Below, piece after piece: positions 28,645 through 39,584 of a stretch of DNA of 64,000 bases. The stretch's first letter is position 1. Each line of letters begins with the position of its first letter. A program made the translations under genes and the position numbers. The notes under the pieces were generated by a model. It worked only from the letters and a program-made list of their open reading frames with translations, ran no database searches and was not told the DNA's origin. This DNA comes from Candidatus Poribacteria bacterium (GTDB taxonomy: Bacteria; Poribacteria; WGA-4E; WGA-3G): the NCBI GenBank assembly GCA_965197475.1, contig CBDANF010000002.1, positions 768,001-832,000 of the forward strand, written 5' to 3'.

Positions 28645-29004
28645 ATGGAAATTACTTTAACAAATAGCAACGATGCCGGTTCCCTTGAATTTCCATGGGG
28701 CGCAATAAAATGGTTATGTAATGATCAGATTGATCCAGATGCTGAGATGACGTTCGGTATCGTTTATATCAACGCGGGCGAAGGCAACCCAATCCACTAT
28801 CACCCCAATTGTGAGGAACTTATCTATGTGCTCTCCGGTGAATGCGACCACAAGTTAGGAGATGAAATTATTCCGCTTAAGCCTGGAATGATGTTGCGAA
28901 TTCCGCGCAATGTCAAACACAATGCTGTCAACACCGGTTGGCAACCTGTGACAATGATTATCTGTTACTCAGATGCTGACAGACAAACAGTCTTTTCTGA
29001 TTAA
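28645..29004 (+). CDS. Cupin domain protein
   Basis: HYHPNCEELIYVLSG and IPRNVKH; start at 28645 behind AGGAG. Confidence 0.9.
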   Translation: MEITLTNSNDAGSLEFPWGAIKWLCNDQIDPDAEMTFGIVYINAGEGNPIHYHPNCEELIYVLSGECDHKLGDEIIPLKPGMMLRIPRNVKHNAVNTGWQPVTMIICYSDADRQTVFSD

Positions 29005-29058
29005 AAAAGTTGCAGAACAATATGTTTATTGATATTCGGCAAACAGGAATTATGAACT

Positions 29059-29751
29059 ATGTCCAAAGAATCAAGGTGCAAAGTTAAGATTTGCGGTACT
29101 ACTTCAATCCACGATGCATGCCTTGCTGCTGATGTAGGTGCGGATTACTCTGGTGTATTAGTTGATGTTGCTTCTTCAGAACGATCTTTAACTACTACGC
29201 AAGCGTTAGAAATCGCCAATGCAAGTCCTATTCCAACGGTATTGTTGCTATACAATCGCACAACATCAGATATTCAAGAAGCGGTGTCCCGAATCCAACC
29301 GTTTGCAGTTCAACTCCTTGGGCAAGAGACACCACAACAAGTTGAAAAGCTCAAACGAGTCGTGACATGCCAACTCTGGAAATCTGTTTACTTGCCTGCA
29401 GGAAGTCCTAAAAATGTAGATATGTCAGCAGTTCGGGAACAGATGCAAGCGCACCATGATGCTGGCGCAGATTTTCTCTTATTTGATACCGTTGACATGA
29501 GTCTTAAGACTCCTCGATATGGCGGCACAGGCAAAACTTGTGATTGGCATACCGCTGCAGCGTTAATTTCAGAGAGTCCGCTGCCAGTTTTTTTCGCGGG
29601 TGGAATTCGTCCGGAGAACGTCACAGCTGCGATTAAAACGATAAACCCCTACGGGATTGACCTCTGCTCAAGTGTGGAAGCGTCAAAAGGTGTTAAAGAT
29701 AAGCAAAAACTACAACGACTAATGGAACAGGTCAGAAAATCTAAAACGTAA
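29059..29751 (+). CDS. trpF: Phosphoribosylanthranilate isomerase
   Basis: VKICG, GGTGKT.DW, AGGI.PENV, GIDLCSSVE..KG.KD. Confidence 0.9.
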   Translation: MSKESRCKVKICGTTSIHDACLAADVGADYSGVLVDVASSERSLTTTQALEIANASPIPTVLLLYNRTTSDIQEAVSRIQPFAVQLLGQETPQQVEKLKRVVTCQLWKSVYLPAGSPKNVDMSAVREQMQAHHDAGADFLLFDTVDMSLKTPRYGGTGKTCDWHTAAALISESPLPVFFAGGIRPENVTAAIKTINPYGIDLCSSVEASKGVKDKQKLQRLMEQVRKSKT

Positions 29752-29965
29752 TTATCTAACCACTTAACTCAAATTTGTTGAAATCGTTGTAAATAATAGG
29801 ATATACTTATATTTGAAACAATGTGAAGTGCTTTTACTTGATTAAGAATTAGGAATAAGTTTTGAAAACTTTTGTCCAATTGACGACTTCTTGCTTCGCA
29901 ATTTCCTGTAGAAGCGAGTACTAACAGGCATATTTTATTAATTTGCACAACCTAAGGAGACTTTT

Positions 29966-30736
29966 ATGAAAATCAACACATTTCAGTTGACCTTTATTTT
30001 TTTAATGGTTTGTATAATTTCCGTTGTCGGCACCTCTACTGTCTTCGCAGACAGTCATGAGACTGAAGGAGAAAAAATGAGTCCTGAAGCCGAAAGCAAA
30101 GCAATGAGTCCTGAAGCTGAAGCTATGGAAGAAAAACCGGGTGTTTCAGGATGGTTTCAGATTGATGTTGATGTTTTAGGCACCTATTTCTTGATCGGCG
30201 CAAGCCATCCGATCGGGGGCGTTTCAATCGCTTCCAACATCTATGTAAATGATAAGGACCTGGACAAGAATACGGGTGAATTTGATCTGGGTGTCACATT
30301 TCCCGTTGTGATGTCTGATAATGTATCACTTGCGTTGCAACCGATGGTAGGTATTGGGTTTGACTATACCGGAGCAGATGGACCAGATGCACTATATCCG
30401 CAAATTTTTGCTTTTCTGTCAGCACCTAATATCTTTTTTTTCCACTGGACAATTGGTAGCGTTTCGTCGATATTTAATGACGAGAGTATAAATGACATCT
30501 ACACTCGGAATTATTTGACTTATTCACTGAACGATACCATCGCTATCGGTCCTCAGGTTGAAGCAGTAATTGGTCTCGGTGATGAGAGTGAAATTTGGAG
30601 TCTGACTGCCGGTGGACGACTGAACATCGGCTACGGCAAGAATAACACACTCGGTATATATATTGGGTATGAAACCAAGAAAGGTGAAGATGAAACCGGA
30701 CTTACCGGTAGAATGAATTTCACCCGTTTTTGGTAG
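29966..30736 (+). CDS. Probable outer-membrane beta-barrel protein
   Basis: Signal peptide, alternating beta-strand pattern, C-terminal aromatic (TRFW), duplicated MSPEAE linker. Confidence 0.65.
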   Translation: MKINTFQLTFIFLMVCIISVVGTSTVFADSHETEGEKMSPEAESKAMSPEAEAMEEKPGVSGWFQIDVDVLGTYFLIGASHPIGGVSIASNIYVNDKDLDKNTGEFDLGVTFPVVMSDNVSLALQPMVGIGFDYTGADGPDALYPQIFAFLSAPNIFFFHWTIGSVSSIFNDESINDIYTRNYLTYSLNDTIAIGPQVEAVIGLGDESEIWSLTAGGRLNIGYGKNNTLGIYIGYETKKGEDETGLTGRMNFTRFW

Positions 30737-30884
30737 GATACTTTTTCTTATACCGAAGATCCGCAATAAAGAGAGCGTTCCTACCTGTTAAACATTAGGC
30801 GCGCTTCTGTCTAAGAAGCACGCCTATCTTTATTACAATGATACCTTTTATAGTAGATTTTACAATTAACGATACACTGTAATC

Positions 30885-30959
30885 AGCGCGCTTACAAAGC
30901 GCGACTACCAGTAAATGTAGGAGAGTGAATGTAAGAGGCGCAATGAATTGCGCGACTAC
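30885..30959 (-). repeat. Two GTAG-type REP palindromes
   Basis: AGCGCGCTTACAAAGCGCGACTAC and GCGCAATGAATTGCGCGACTAC. Confidence 0.7.
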
Positions 30960-30986
30960 AAACGCATCAACTCAAAAGAAAATGTT

Positions 30987-31972
30987 CGCTCATGTCAAGA
31001 GTAAGTGCTTTTGACGAGTTTTGCTATAAAATCAACACTGACAGCTTTTAGATTCATGACGAACTCACAGATTGCGACGTAACCGGCGAGGAACTTTTTA
31101 TGAACGCCACGAAAGGGACGAAGGAAGTTTCGCAGCGTCGTCCAGGCACCTTCAATCGTCCTTGTATGGATCTCGTAAAGACCATCACCGTCTGCGTCTC
31201 TTGCCCACTCGCCATCCTTATGGAGAACAATCTCACGGGCGCGCTGAATACGGTTATAGCCACGCCAACCATCCGTATACACCGTTGAAGTCGGCAACGT
31301 CCACTGATGAACGTGTGTTGAAAGCGTCGCAGAATCGGTGTGCCGCACAACACGTAATCTCAGGAGACCGCTTTCGCGACCTTTCGTCCCAACAATAGGC
31401 GGACGATCATTGTCATAAGTCCCATGTCCCCTGCGTTTATTGCCACGCCGACGCGGCGGATCCGAAGCATCAACGTGCTTATCGCCTTTTTCACCGGCGT
31501 TTTGAAACATCTCATCTGTTTCGACTTCAGCATCAGGTAAAGCAGCTTCGGGTTGTATCTGCTCTGCCGAAGTTTGGAGTTTACGTCTTATAGAAAGAAC
31601 GGTTTGACGACTTAGACCCAGTTCACACCCGAGTTGTGCACTTGAAACACCTTGACAGACACCGCGCAAAAGCAGAACGACCTGTGAGGGACGAAACTGC
31701 GTGCCAGCAAAGACCGTCCCGGTATAGAGGTTGTAGATGCTCTCACAGTGTTTGCAGCGATACACTTGTAGACCACTTGTTTCAGTCGGACGGAACTTGC
31801 GTGCCTCCGCCACGCTCGCTTGGCATTTTGGGCAACACAGCCCTTGAAGGTGGAAATGATCCAACACCCACGCTTGAGTTTTTTCTTCATCCATGAGAGA
31901 TTGTATTGGAAAGTCCATAGGTAACACGCTAACATAACTTTGAAAAAATAGCACTTACTTTTTACATGAGCC
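30987..31972 (-). mobile_element. IS1595-family insertion sequence (986 bp) with 8-bp TSD
   Basis: About 25-bp TIRs (CGCTCATGTCAAGAGTAAGTGC versus GGCTCATGTAAAAAGTAAGTGC); AAAATGTT at 30979-30986 and 31973-31980. Confidence 0.93.
30995..31918 (-). CDS. IS1595-family (ISXO2-like) transposase
   Basis: CPKC...YRCKHC zinc ribbon; VETDE; VYTDGW.GY; HT.TIEG.W..L....RGV; probable start MDFPI at 31918. Confidence 0.92.
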   Translation of the reverse strand: MDFPIQSLMDEEKTQAWVLDHFHLQGLCCPKCQASVAEARKFRPTETSGLQVYRCKHCESIYNLYTGTVFAGTQFRPSQVVLLLRGVCQGVSSAQLGCELGLSRQTVLSIRRKLQTSAEQIQPEAALPDAEVETDEMFQNAGEKGDKHVDASDPPRRRGNKRRGHGTYDNDRPPIVGTKGRESGLLRLRVVRHTDSATLSTHVHQWTLPTSTVYTDGWRGYNRIQRAREIVLHKDGEWARDADGDGLYEIHTRTIEGAWTTLRNFLRPFRGVHKKFLAGYVAICEFVMNLKAVSVDFIAKLVKSTYS

Positions 31973-32145
31973 AAAATGTTTACTTGTTTTTATAATTCAC
32001 CATATAAAGGAATTCCCTCCAAAGCACATATTTTACGAGTCTAAAGAGTCCTCATTCAGAACAAATGAATAATCCATATTATCATTACTTTGTTAAACAC
32101 GCATCTGCGCCAAGCAGTGCGCGTTTTGATGTCTTAGAAGGAAAA

Positions 32146-34350
32146 ATGACATGTCTGTCATGGGTTATTATACCATACGTGATTTTATTTTTTTTCTTCT
32201 CTATAAATACCATTAACGCTCAAGTTCCTTTATCGCTAACCCGTTTAACAGAAGCAATTGAAATTGATGGCTTAAGCGATGAACCGGGGTGGCAGAACAT
32301 CCCACCACTCCATCTCACCATGTATAAGCCCACATATCGGGGTGAACCGACCGAAAGAACTGAAATCAGAATTGCTTATGATAGTGATTATTTCTACTGC
32401 TCGGCGCGATGTTATGACACCAACTCTTCTGAGATTCGTGTAAATTCGCTTTACCGCGATCGGTCGAGCGGAGATGATAAATTTGGAATCGTTCTTGATA
32501 CCTTCAACGATAAAAAATCCGCCCTACAGTTTTGGACAACCCCAGCTGGTATTCGAGGTGATAAAGCCATCTATAAAGATGGCAAATCAAATAACAAAAA
32601 TTGGAATACCTATTGGGATGTTGCTGCTGTTCAGAATGAAGAGGGTTGGTTCGCTGAGATGCGGATCCCTTTCTCCAGTTTAAGTTTTCAGGATGAAAAC
32701 GGTAGGGTTGTTATGGGACTAATCGTTTATCGAGATATTGCCCGGAAAAATGAAAGGCTTGTCTTTCCGGATCTGTCTCCTGAACGCGGTATAGATACCC
32801 CGTCTCGAGCACATCCTGTGATTTTAGAACAGGTCCACAGTCAAAAGCCGGTTTACTTTACGCTTTATGTAGTTGGTGGACTTGAACAAAAATCGACGTT
32901 GAATGATGCCGAAACAGCGTATCATCTCAAAAATAATCTTGAGAGAGGTATAGGGCTTGATATTAAATATAACTTTACGAGTAACCTAACTCTGGATACG
33001 ACCCTAAACCCTGATTTCGCGCAGGTAGAGGCAGATGATCAGCAGGTTAATTTAAGTCGATTTTCGCTGTTTTTTCCGGAGAAGCGGCAATTTTTCCAAG
33101 AACGTTCTGGGATCTTTTCCTTTAATTTTGTTGGACGCTCTCGACTTTTCCATAGCCGTCGAATCGGTATTGAGGACGGTGAACAAATTCCTATTATTGG
33201 CGGAGCAAGGTTAGTCGGACGTGTCGGAAATTGGGATCTCGGTTTTCTTGACATGCAAACGACACGTAAGACTGAAATTCCAATTGAAAACTTCGGCGTG
33301 CTGCGGATGCGCCGCCAAGTTCTCAACTCACACTCCTACGCGGGCTTAATGGTAACAAACCGCATTGACGAAAAAGGCAATTACAACTTTGCCTATGGGA
33401 TCGACGGTATCTTTCGACTTCTTGGAAAAGAATATTTAACCCTTAAGTGGGGACAAACTTTTGAAGATGAGATCATTCAAAAACAAACATTTAATTTTTT
33501 GGATGCATCGATGTTTCTGGTAGATCTAACGCGCCGCACCGACGTTGGCTTCGATTATCGACTTACTGCAGCTCGGCGCGGGGATGACTTTTTGCCCGGA
33601 ATAGGGTTTACATCTCGGAAAGATTTCACACAACTGGAAGGCAGTTTTCGTTATGACTGGCTAATGGGAAAACGAACTTCATTTAGACAGATAAGTCCAT
33701 TACAGTTTTCTGGAGATGTCGCGTTCCGAAATGAAAATAGGTCTGTTGAATCTGCCAATGCTGAGTATGCTATTGATCTGGAGTGGAAGTCTGGGGCAAA
33801 TGTATCTATGGATTTGGAAATGGATTATGAAGATCTGAAAAAAGATGAAGACTTTCCAGAAGGGACGATAGTTCCAGCTGGAAGTTATACCACCTTTGAG
33901 ATTAAGGGTGGTTACGATATGCCAGGAGGAAGTTTATTCCGAACCGATTTTGACTGTTCTTTTAGCGGGTTTTTCGATGGTTGGCAACTTGATTTAGGTG
34001 TTAAGCCAAAATGGAATGTTTCCCGATATTTGGAGATGGGAAGTGAATATGAAATTAATGTTGTCCGTTTTCCCAGTCGCAATCAAGGATTTAATGTGCA
34101 TGTGATTCGGCTTCGAACACGGGCAGCGTTTAACACACAAGCCTCTCTGAATGCGTTCGTGCAATACAGTAACGTCAGCGATCAGTTTTCAACAAATATC
34201 CGATTTCGATACAATTTCGGTGAAGGAAATGATTTATGGTTGGTTTATAATGAAAATCTCAATGCATACCGAGATGATGAAATACCGAGGAAATTACTAA
34301 CGAAGAGACGTACACTATTAATGAAGTATACGCATACCTTTGGGATATAG
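32146..34350 (+). CDS. CBM9-like plus DUF5916 outer-membrane protein
   Basis: IDG..DEPGW, W.AEMRIPF.SL.F, LNPDFAQVEAD, FFPEKRQFF, LFHSRRIG. Confidence 0.85.
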   Translation: MTCLSWVIIPYVILFFFFSINTINAQVPLSLTRLTEAIEIDGLSDEPGWQNIPPLHLTMYKPTYRGEPTERTEIRIAYDSDYFYCSARCYDTNSSEIRVNSLYRDRSSGDDKFGIVLDTFNDKKSALQFWTTPAGIRGDKAIYKDGKSNNKNWNTYWDVAAVQNEEGWFAEMRIPFSSLSFQDENGRVVMGLIVYRDIARKNERLVFPDLSPERGIDTPSRAHPVILEQVHSQKPVYFTLYVVGGLEQKSTLNDAETAYHLKNNLERGIGLDIKYNFTSNLTLDTTLNPDFAQVEADDQQVNLSRFSLFFPEKRQFFQERSGIFSFNFVGRSRLFHSRRIGIEDGEQIPIIGGARLVGRVGNWDLGFLDMQTTRKTEIPIENFGVLRMRRQVLNSHSYAGLMVTNRIDEKGNYNFAYGIDGIFRLLGKEYLTLKWGQTFEDEIIQKQTFNFLDASMFLVDLTRRTDVGFDYRLTAARRGDDFLPGIGFTSRKDFTQLEGSFRYDWLMGKRTSFRQISPLQFSGDVAFRNENRSVESANAEYAIDLEWKSGANVSMDLEMDYEDLKKDEDFPEGTIVPAGSYTTFEIKGGYDMPGGSLFRTDFDCSFSGFFDGWQLDLGVKPKWNVSRYLEMGSEYEINVVRFPSRNQGFNVHVIRLRTRAAFNTQASLNAFVQYSNVSDQFSTNIRFRYNFGEGNDLWLVYNENLNAYRDDEIPRKLLTKRRTLLMKYTHTFGI

Positions 34351-34404
34351 CGCACAAACGTCTTAATCATGTCATTTTGACAAAGAACTCATAGCGAGTA
34401 AGAG

Positions 34405-35287
34405 CTAAGCATCGTTGAAAGTTCTCCGAAAGTTTATCATTGAATATGCTAAATTACGAAAACCTAAATGGGTTTCTTTGAGTTTATCATAACTAAGGAC
34501 GAGTTTCCGATAAGTCCCTTGCCAACCAAAGGTTCGCTCCACTTTATATCGGTCTTTGTCCATTTTCTTGTTAAACCACCGGAACGGACGGGCAATTACA
34601 ATAGGTTCTTTGGCATTCCGCCGGTTCGGATAGATCACCGGGAGCAGCCCGTGTTGTTTGATAATCTTATGATTCTTTTTGGAATCAAAACCGGAATCCA
34701 GTGTTAGAGCGGAAGCACTAAGATCCATTCCAATACGATTAGCAAAGGCGATAAGATTCGGTGAATGTTTCGGGCAAAATCTTTGTCCCATGTTGGTTGA
34801 CAGGTTTGATGGTTATCGGGCTGATGATGAACCCTTGATTGTCAGTGATGATCAACTCTTTTTCACCTTTTTGATGTTTGTGGCCTGAATAACCGATGTT
34901 GTCCCCTTTTTTCCCGACGGTATTTGACCCATCTCCATGAAGTTAAGAGGTGTCAAGTTGGTCGGTGTCAAGCAGGTGTATCACTGATGCCTCAAAAAGT
35001 TTCTGATACGAGCCATCTTTTGACCACCGATTATGCCATTTATAGATATTAGACCAATGGAGTTCAGGACACCGGGTTCGGAGTTGATCCCATTGAATAC
35101 CCGTATGTAAAACATAGAGGATATAGTTGAATATCTTGTCCAAGGAGAGTTTCGGTTTCGGGCCTTTGACTCGTTTCGCTAAATGTGGTAAGATATAACG
35201 ATTGAAATCTTTACGGGAAACCTGTTTGGGAATACAGTTGTATTTTGGTGATTTTTGAGCCTCGTTTGCCATAATAACACCTTTCAT
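34405..35287 (-). pseudogene. IS5-family transposase, disrupted
   Basis: ILYVLHTGIQW..L, WSKDG; in-frame TAA at 34943-34945 followed by LHGDGSN..KKG..IGYSGHK; frameshift near 34770; LDSGFD; RYKVERTFGW. Confidence 0.85.
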
Positions 35288-35397
35288 AAAGTAAAGCGGT
35301 ATCTGAAGTGGAAAGAATGGGACATAAATTATACCCTTTTCTTTCCCTATTTTACCACATCCTTATGTTTTACTCAATATGACTTCCATGATTAATG

Positions 35398-35519
35398 CAG
35401 AGCCATTCAATTCTCCGGTAGTTGCTACCTTCTGATCACGGTCCTTCCTCTGTAGGAGCGACCTCCTGGTCGCGTTTAACCACTAAAATGCACATAAAAC
35501 CGAAAACTGAATGACTCTG
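35398..35519. mobile_element. 122-bp MITE of a second TIR family, enclosing a REP
   Basis: CAGAGCCATTCAATT..CGGT and ACCGAAAACTGAATGACTCTG; interior GTAGGAGCGACCTCCTGGTCGC; the same end recurs at about 6578-6598 and 35709-35728. Confidence 0.6.
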
Positions 35520-35749
35520 TGCCGTTTGCCTCGTAGATTGCGTAAATCTGGAACTTCTACTAACATTTCAAATAGATGGCGAGACTTTGGTTTGTCATTG
35601 TTCATCTCAAATGATTTTAGGGTAATCTTTAAGGTGAAGTCCATCATGTGTGGCGCGAAATGTCATGCCACACATGATTATTACCTACACATACATTGAT
35701 ATGTTTTTCGAAAACTGAATGACTCTGATTGCAAGTTTTGATTATGGCA

Positions 35750-37345
35750 TTATAACGAAATTGATGATGGGTGTTCCTGTATCACAGAAATCACATAACT
35801 TCGAATTTTCAAACCTTCAAGGATTTCAGTTTCTACGCGAGGGTTCGGTGTTTTGCGGTGATCAAATACGACGTAATACCCTTCCACGGCTTTTTCTGAT
35901 CCAACGTACGTGGCGAGTTGTGCTTTGCCTGCCTGATACCGAGCATCTCCACCCCAGATTTTTGTTTCAACGATGTATTTTCGGTTATTGTGAAGTATTA
36001 GGATATCCATTCTGCCGCGTCCTGTTTGGACCTCAAGGTACATAGTTCCACCTACAATCTGAACAAATTGGCTCAGATAAGCGAAGAGGAGATGTTGACC
36101 TACGTATTCTTGCGATGTTTCTGGCACTTCTAAAATCTTGAAACCTGCGCGTGCAATAAAATCTCGGAAATTATTGAGGAGTGCTTCCATCTGAATATGT
36201 CCATCCGGGGTGAGGTAATCCTGAAATCCTGTGCGGTTGTCTTCTGGTAAATATTCTTGTTCCAGTCCATTCACTATCGATTTGAATGCTCGCATGATGC
36301 GATATTGATAAATCGGGTTCACAATTTCACACATGCCATCAGCACCTTCAGCAATGACACCATAAGTGGCGAGTTCGCTGATGATTTCACTATCCAAATT
36401 GAAGTCCACGCCCTCATCATAAGAAGCAATTTTAAGGAGAAGTGCTTCAAATCGCCGGTCGCTACGGATATTTGTTATCAGATGATTGATGTTTGTATTG
36501 CGTTCGCGAAGGATTTTTACATGTGCTTTTGAAAAATGTTCCATTGTAATTGGTTCGCTTTTCGGGATATCAAATTCTTCGGTAAGAATCTGTGCAAACC
36601 GATTAACAAGCACGGGTTGACCAGCAGTCTGTTTGTGAATAGATTTGATGACATCGGGGTCAAAGGATTGTCCAACTTCGCCCGTATACTGAGAAAGAAG
36701 TTCTTGCACTTGTTCAAACGTGAAATTGGGTAATTTGAATTCGTCTTGGATATTGAATGGTGAGATAGAGCGATCATAATTCAGTTGGGGGATGCTCTTG
36801 ACACCGACAATGCCAACACTGTAAGGACATCGATCCTTTCCAGAGAGGTATATCTGGCGGAGTGAGTGCAAAAACCCTCGTAAAGCTGGTGGAGTAGCAT
36901 CAAACTCGTCAATAATCATGACAAATCGTTGATTTTCCAACAGACTCCCAAGGGATTCAAAAAACTCTCGCATTGAAACAGAATCGGTTATTTGTGCGTT
37001 CGCCAAAAATTGGTTGAGACTATCAGAAGGATTCTTGCCACGTTTTTGGAATACGTCCTTAATTTTCTTACAAATTTCTTTGCAGAGAGAACTATAAAAG
37101 ACAGAAGTTTCAATGTCCACATATCCCTCAAAATTAAGTTGTATTGGAAAATATCTATTCCCTTTGCTTTCAAGTGCATCAAGCGCGTTTCGGAAAAACG
37201 TAGTTTTGCCTGTCTGGCGCGGCGCAAAGAGAACTATGTATCGCCCCTTTTCCAACCGATCTACAAAATCCGCGAGTTCCTCTGTTCGGGCGACAAAGTA
37301 GTTATCCTCAGGGTACACGGGGCCGCGAGTTTCAAACTATCGCAT
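35750..37345 (-). CDS. AAA-like ATPase with C-terminal PD-(D/E)XK nuclease-like domain; in-frame TAG at codon 3 (possible pseudogene)
   Basis: APRQTGKT, IIDEFD, GRMDI...IVETK. AAGGAG plus ATG 37345 reads M-R-*-FETRGPVYPED. The ORF track starts at GTG 37318. Confidence 0.8.
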
Positions 37346-38006
37346 CTCTTACGCTCCTTAAGTAGTTGAAGGAATTATATCAGAATATTGTGCGGAAGTC
37401 TATAAGAAAGAGGTGTTTTGAAAGAATTTTGTTTTCGCAAAGAACAGGAAGACCTCTTATAAAGAGAAATAAATTTCACGAAAATAAGTTGATTTTGGAT
37501 ATATTTTGTGGTATTCTTAACTAAAGTTGGGACAATTTCTTTCAGTTTCATGTTGCGTTTTCCAGTATTTTTCTGCAGGTTTTGCATGGAATCGTAACTT
37601 GCAGAAAAATCCCGCTGTTGTCCACGCATTTGTATATAAGCCACCATCAGTCCGCGTGTCAGGTGTTTCGGTTTATACCAATGGATACTAAGCGTGCGGA
37701 GCACAGATTCAACTTCAAGAAAGGGCTCGCCTTTTTGTGTTATCTGAAAGGATAACCTCTTTTCTGCTTTCTGTCTCTAAAAAAATGAAAATTGTCCAAA
37801 CTTTAGTAATTGAGTGTGGAGCATAATTGTTTGAAATAGCGCACCGCTTTTCTTGTGGGAGGGATTTACAATCCAGATTTATTCCGGTTCTGCTTTCAGA
37901 AATCGAAATTGAATCGCTTTGACAATTAAACTTCTGAATGGTAAACTGCTTTTGTAGAACATAAGCATCTGCAACAACAATTCAGCTGTCGTAGAAAGGA
38001 CTTGAA

Positions 38007-39581
38007 ATGCTTCTGACACTCAAACAGGCAAGCCAATGGGCATCAGAACACCTCAATAAAAACGTTACAACCGCAAATATATCCTATTTAATTCAGTATG
38101 GACGGATTGAAACCGTTCTTGAAAACGGGTTAACGTTAATTCCCTTGAATAACCTCGAAAATTATTATGGCCAAAGCCTTCGAGAAATGCGATGGAAAGA
38201 TGAACTCGGCGATGACCTGAATTGGACACTGTCCTTTGAAAAGATTAAAGAGACGGAAACAACAAAACACGTCCATCGGCTGCATCCCTACAAAGGTAAA
38301 TTTATCCCCCAATTAGTTGAATATTTCTTAGGTGCACATACCGACGATTTTAAGCAGAACGTCTATTTCCAGCCTGGCGATATTGTCCTTGACCCGTTTT
38401 GCGGCAGTGGGACCACATTGGCACAAGCGAGCGAACTCGGTATGCATGCAATCGGCATTGATATTTCTGCTTTTAATGCTTTCATTAGCAATGCCAAAGT
38501 AGGTACATTCAATTTTGTTCATCTGTATGAGGAAAGTCAGAAAATTACTACAGCACTAAAAAATGTTGTAGCCACATCTGGGATAACCGAATTTGAATCT
38601 AAACTTGCAGATTCCCTTGCCGAATTCAACAATCAGTATTTTCCTATATCCTTCAAACGCCAAGTCAGAACAGGTGAAATTGATCAGAAAAAGTATGGTG
38701 CTGAGAAAGAAACCGCTTTTTTAGAGACATACAAACAACTCGTTGCTGAATACCAAATTGATATTCAGATGCCAACTGATTCTGCTCGTTTTATGAAGCA
38801 GTGGTATCTTCCGGGTGTCAAGGCGGAGATAGATTTTGTCCATAATGAAATTCGCAAAGTAGAAGGGACATCAACACAAAAAGCTTTGATGCTTATTTTA
38901 AGCCGGACAATTCGTTCTTGCAGAGCCACAACGCATGCAGATTTAGGCACACTACGGGAACCTGTAACAACAACCTACTATTGCAGAAAGCATGGAAAGG
39001 TTTGTAAACCACTCTTTTCCATTTTAGGATGGTGGAACCGATACTGCAAGGATAGCATTGAAAGATGGGTTGAGTTCAGTCCGTTAAAAACAGACACTTT
39101 TCAACACTGCATAACTGGTGATTCCCGGACAATTGACATCTTCACGATGTTGAGACAGGCAAATCCACAATTGGCAGAATTTACCCAAAAACAACGAATT
39201 AAAGGCATCTTTACAAGTCCACCTTACGTAGGACTCATCAACTACCACGAACAGCACGCTTACGCCTATGATCTCTTTGACTTTAAAAGGTTAGATGAAT
39301 TAGAAATTGGTCCTCTGTTTAGAGGAAAAGGACGAGAAGCGAGAGAGTCCTACATTCAGGGTGTAGCCGAAGTTTTCAAAAACAGTAAGCAGTTTTTGGC
39401 TGACGATTACGATGTCTTTGTTGTAGCAAACGATAAGTTCAACATGTATCCGACTATCGCTGAAATTGCAGGAATGTCCATTGTTAATCAACACAAGCGA
39501 CCTGTCTTAAATCGGACAGAAAAGAATCGGGAGGCAGCATATTCCGAGACAATATTTCACTTGAAAGAAAAAAGGAATTGA
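38007..39581 (+). CDS. Type II DNA methyltransferase (N4-cytosine type, alpha motif order) with N-terminal HTH
   Basis: HPYKGKF, DPFCGSGTT (motif I) precedes TSPPY (motif IV); promoter-like TTGACA-N17-TAAACT upstream. Confidence 0.9.
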   Translation: MLLTLKQASQWASEHLNKNVTTANISYLIQYGRIETVLENGLTLIPLNNLENYYGQSLREMRWKDELGDDLNWTLSFEKIKETETTKHVHRLHPYKGKFIPQLVEYFLGAHTDDFKQNVYFQPGDIVLDPFCGSGTTLAQASELGMHAIGIDISAFNAFISNAKVGTFNFVHLYEESQKITTALKNVVATSGITEFESKLADSLAEFNNQYFPISFKRQVRTGEIDQKKYGAEKETAFLETYKQLVAEYQIDIQMPTDSARFMKQWYLPGVKAEIDFVHNEIRKVEGTSTQKALMLILSRTIRSCRATTHADLGTLREPVTTTYYCRKHGKVCKPLFSILGWWNRYCKDSIERWVEFSPLKTDTFQHCITGDSRTIDIFTMLRQANPQLAEFTQKQRIKGIFTSPPYVGLINYHEQHAYAYDLFDFKRLDELEIGPLFRGKGREARESYIQGVAEVFKNSKQFLADDYDVFVVANDKFNMYPTIAEIAGMSIVNQHKRPVLNRTEKNREAAYSETIFHLKEKRN

Positions 39582-39584
39582 TAG

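Noticed and set aside
35643-35678. 12-bp-stem hairpin ATCATGTGTGGC...GCCACACATGAT as an ncRNA
   Set aside because: It is a single hairpin amid MITE debris downstream of a gene, more simply a terminator or repeat remnant.
37375-37704. 109-aa ORF between the AAA gene and the MTase
   Set aside because: No RBS or recognisable motif was found; at most a gene remnant.
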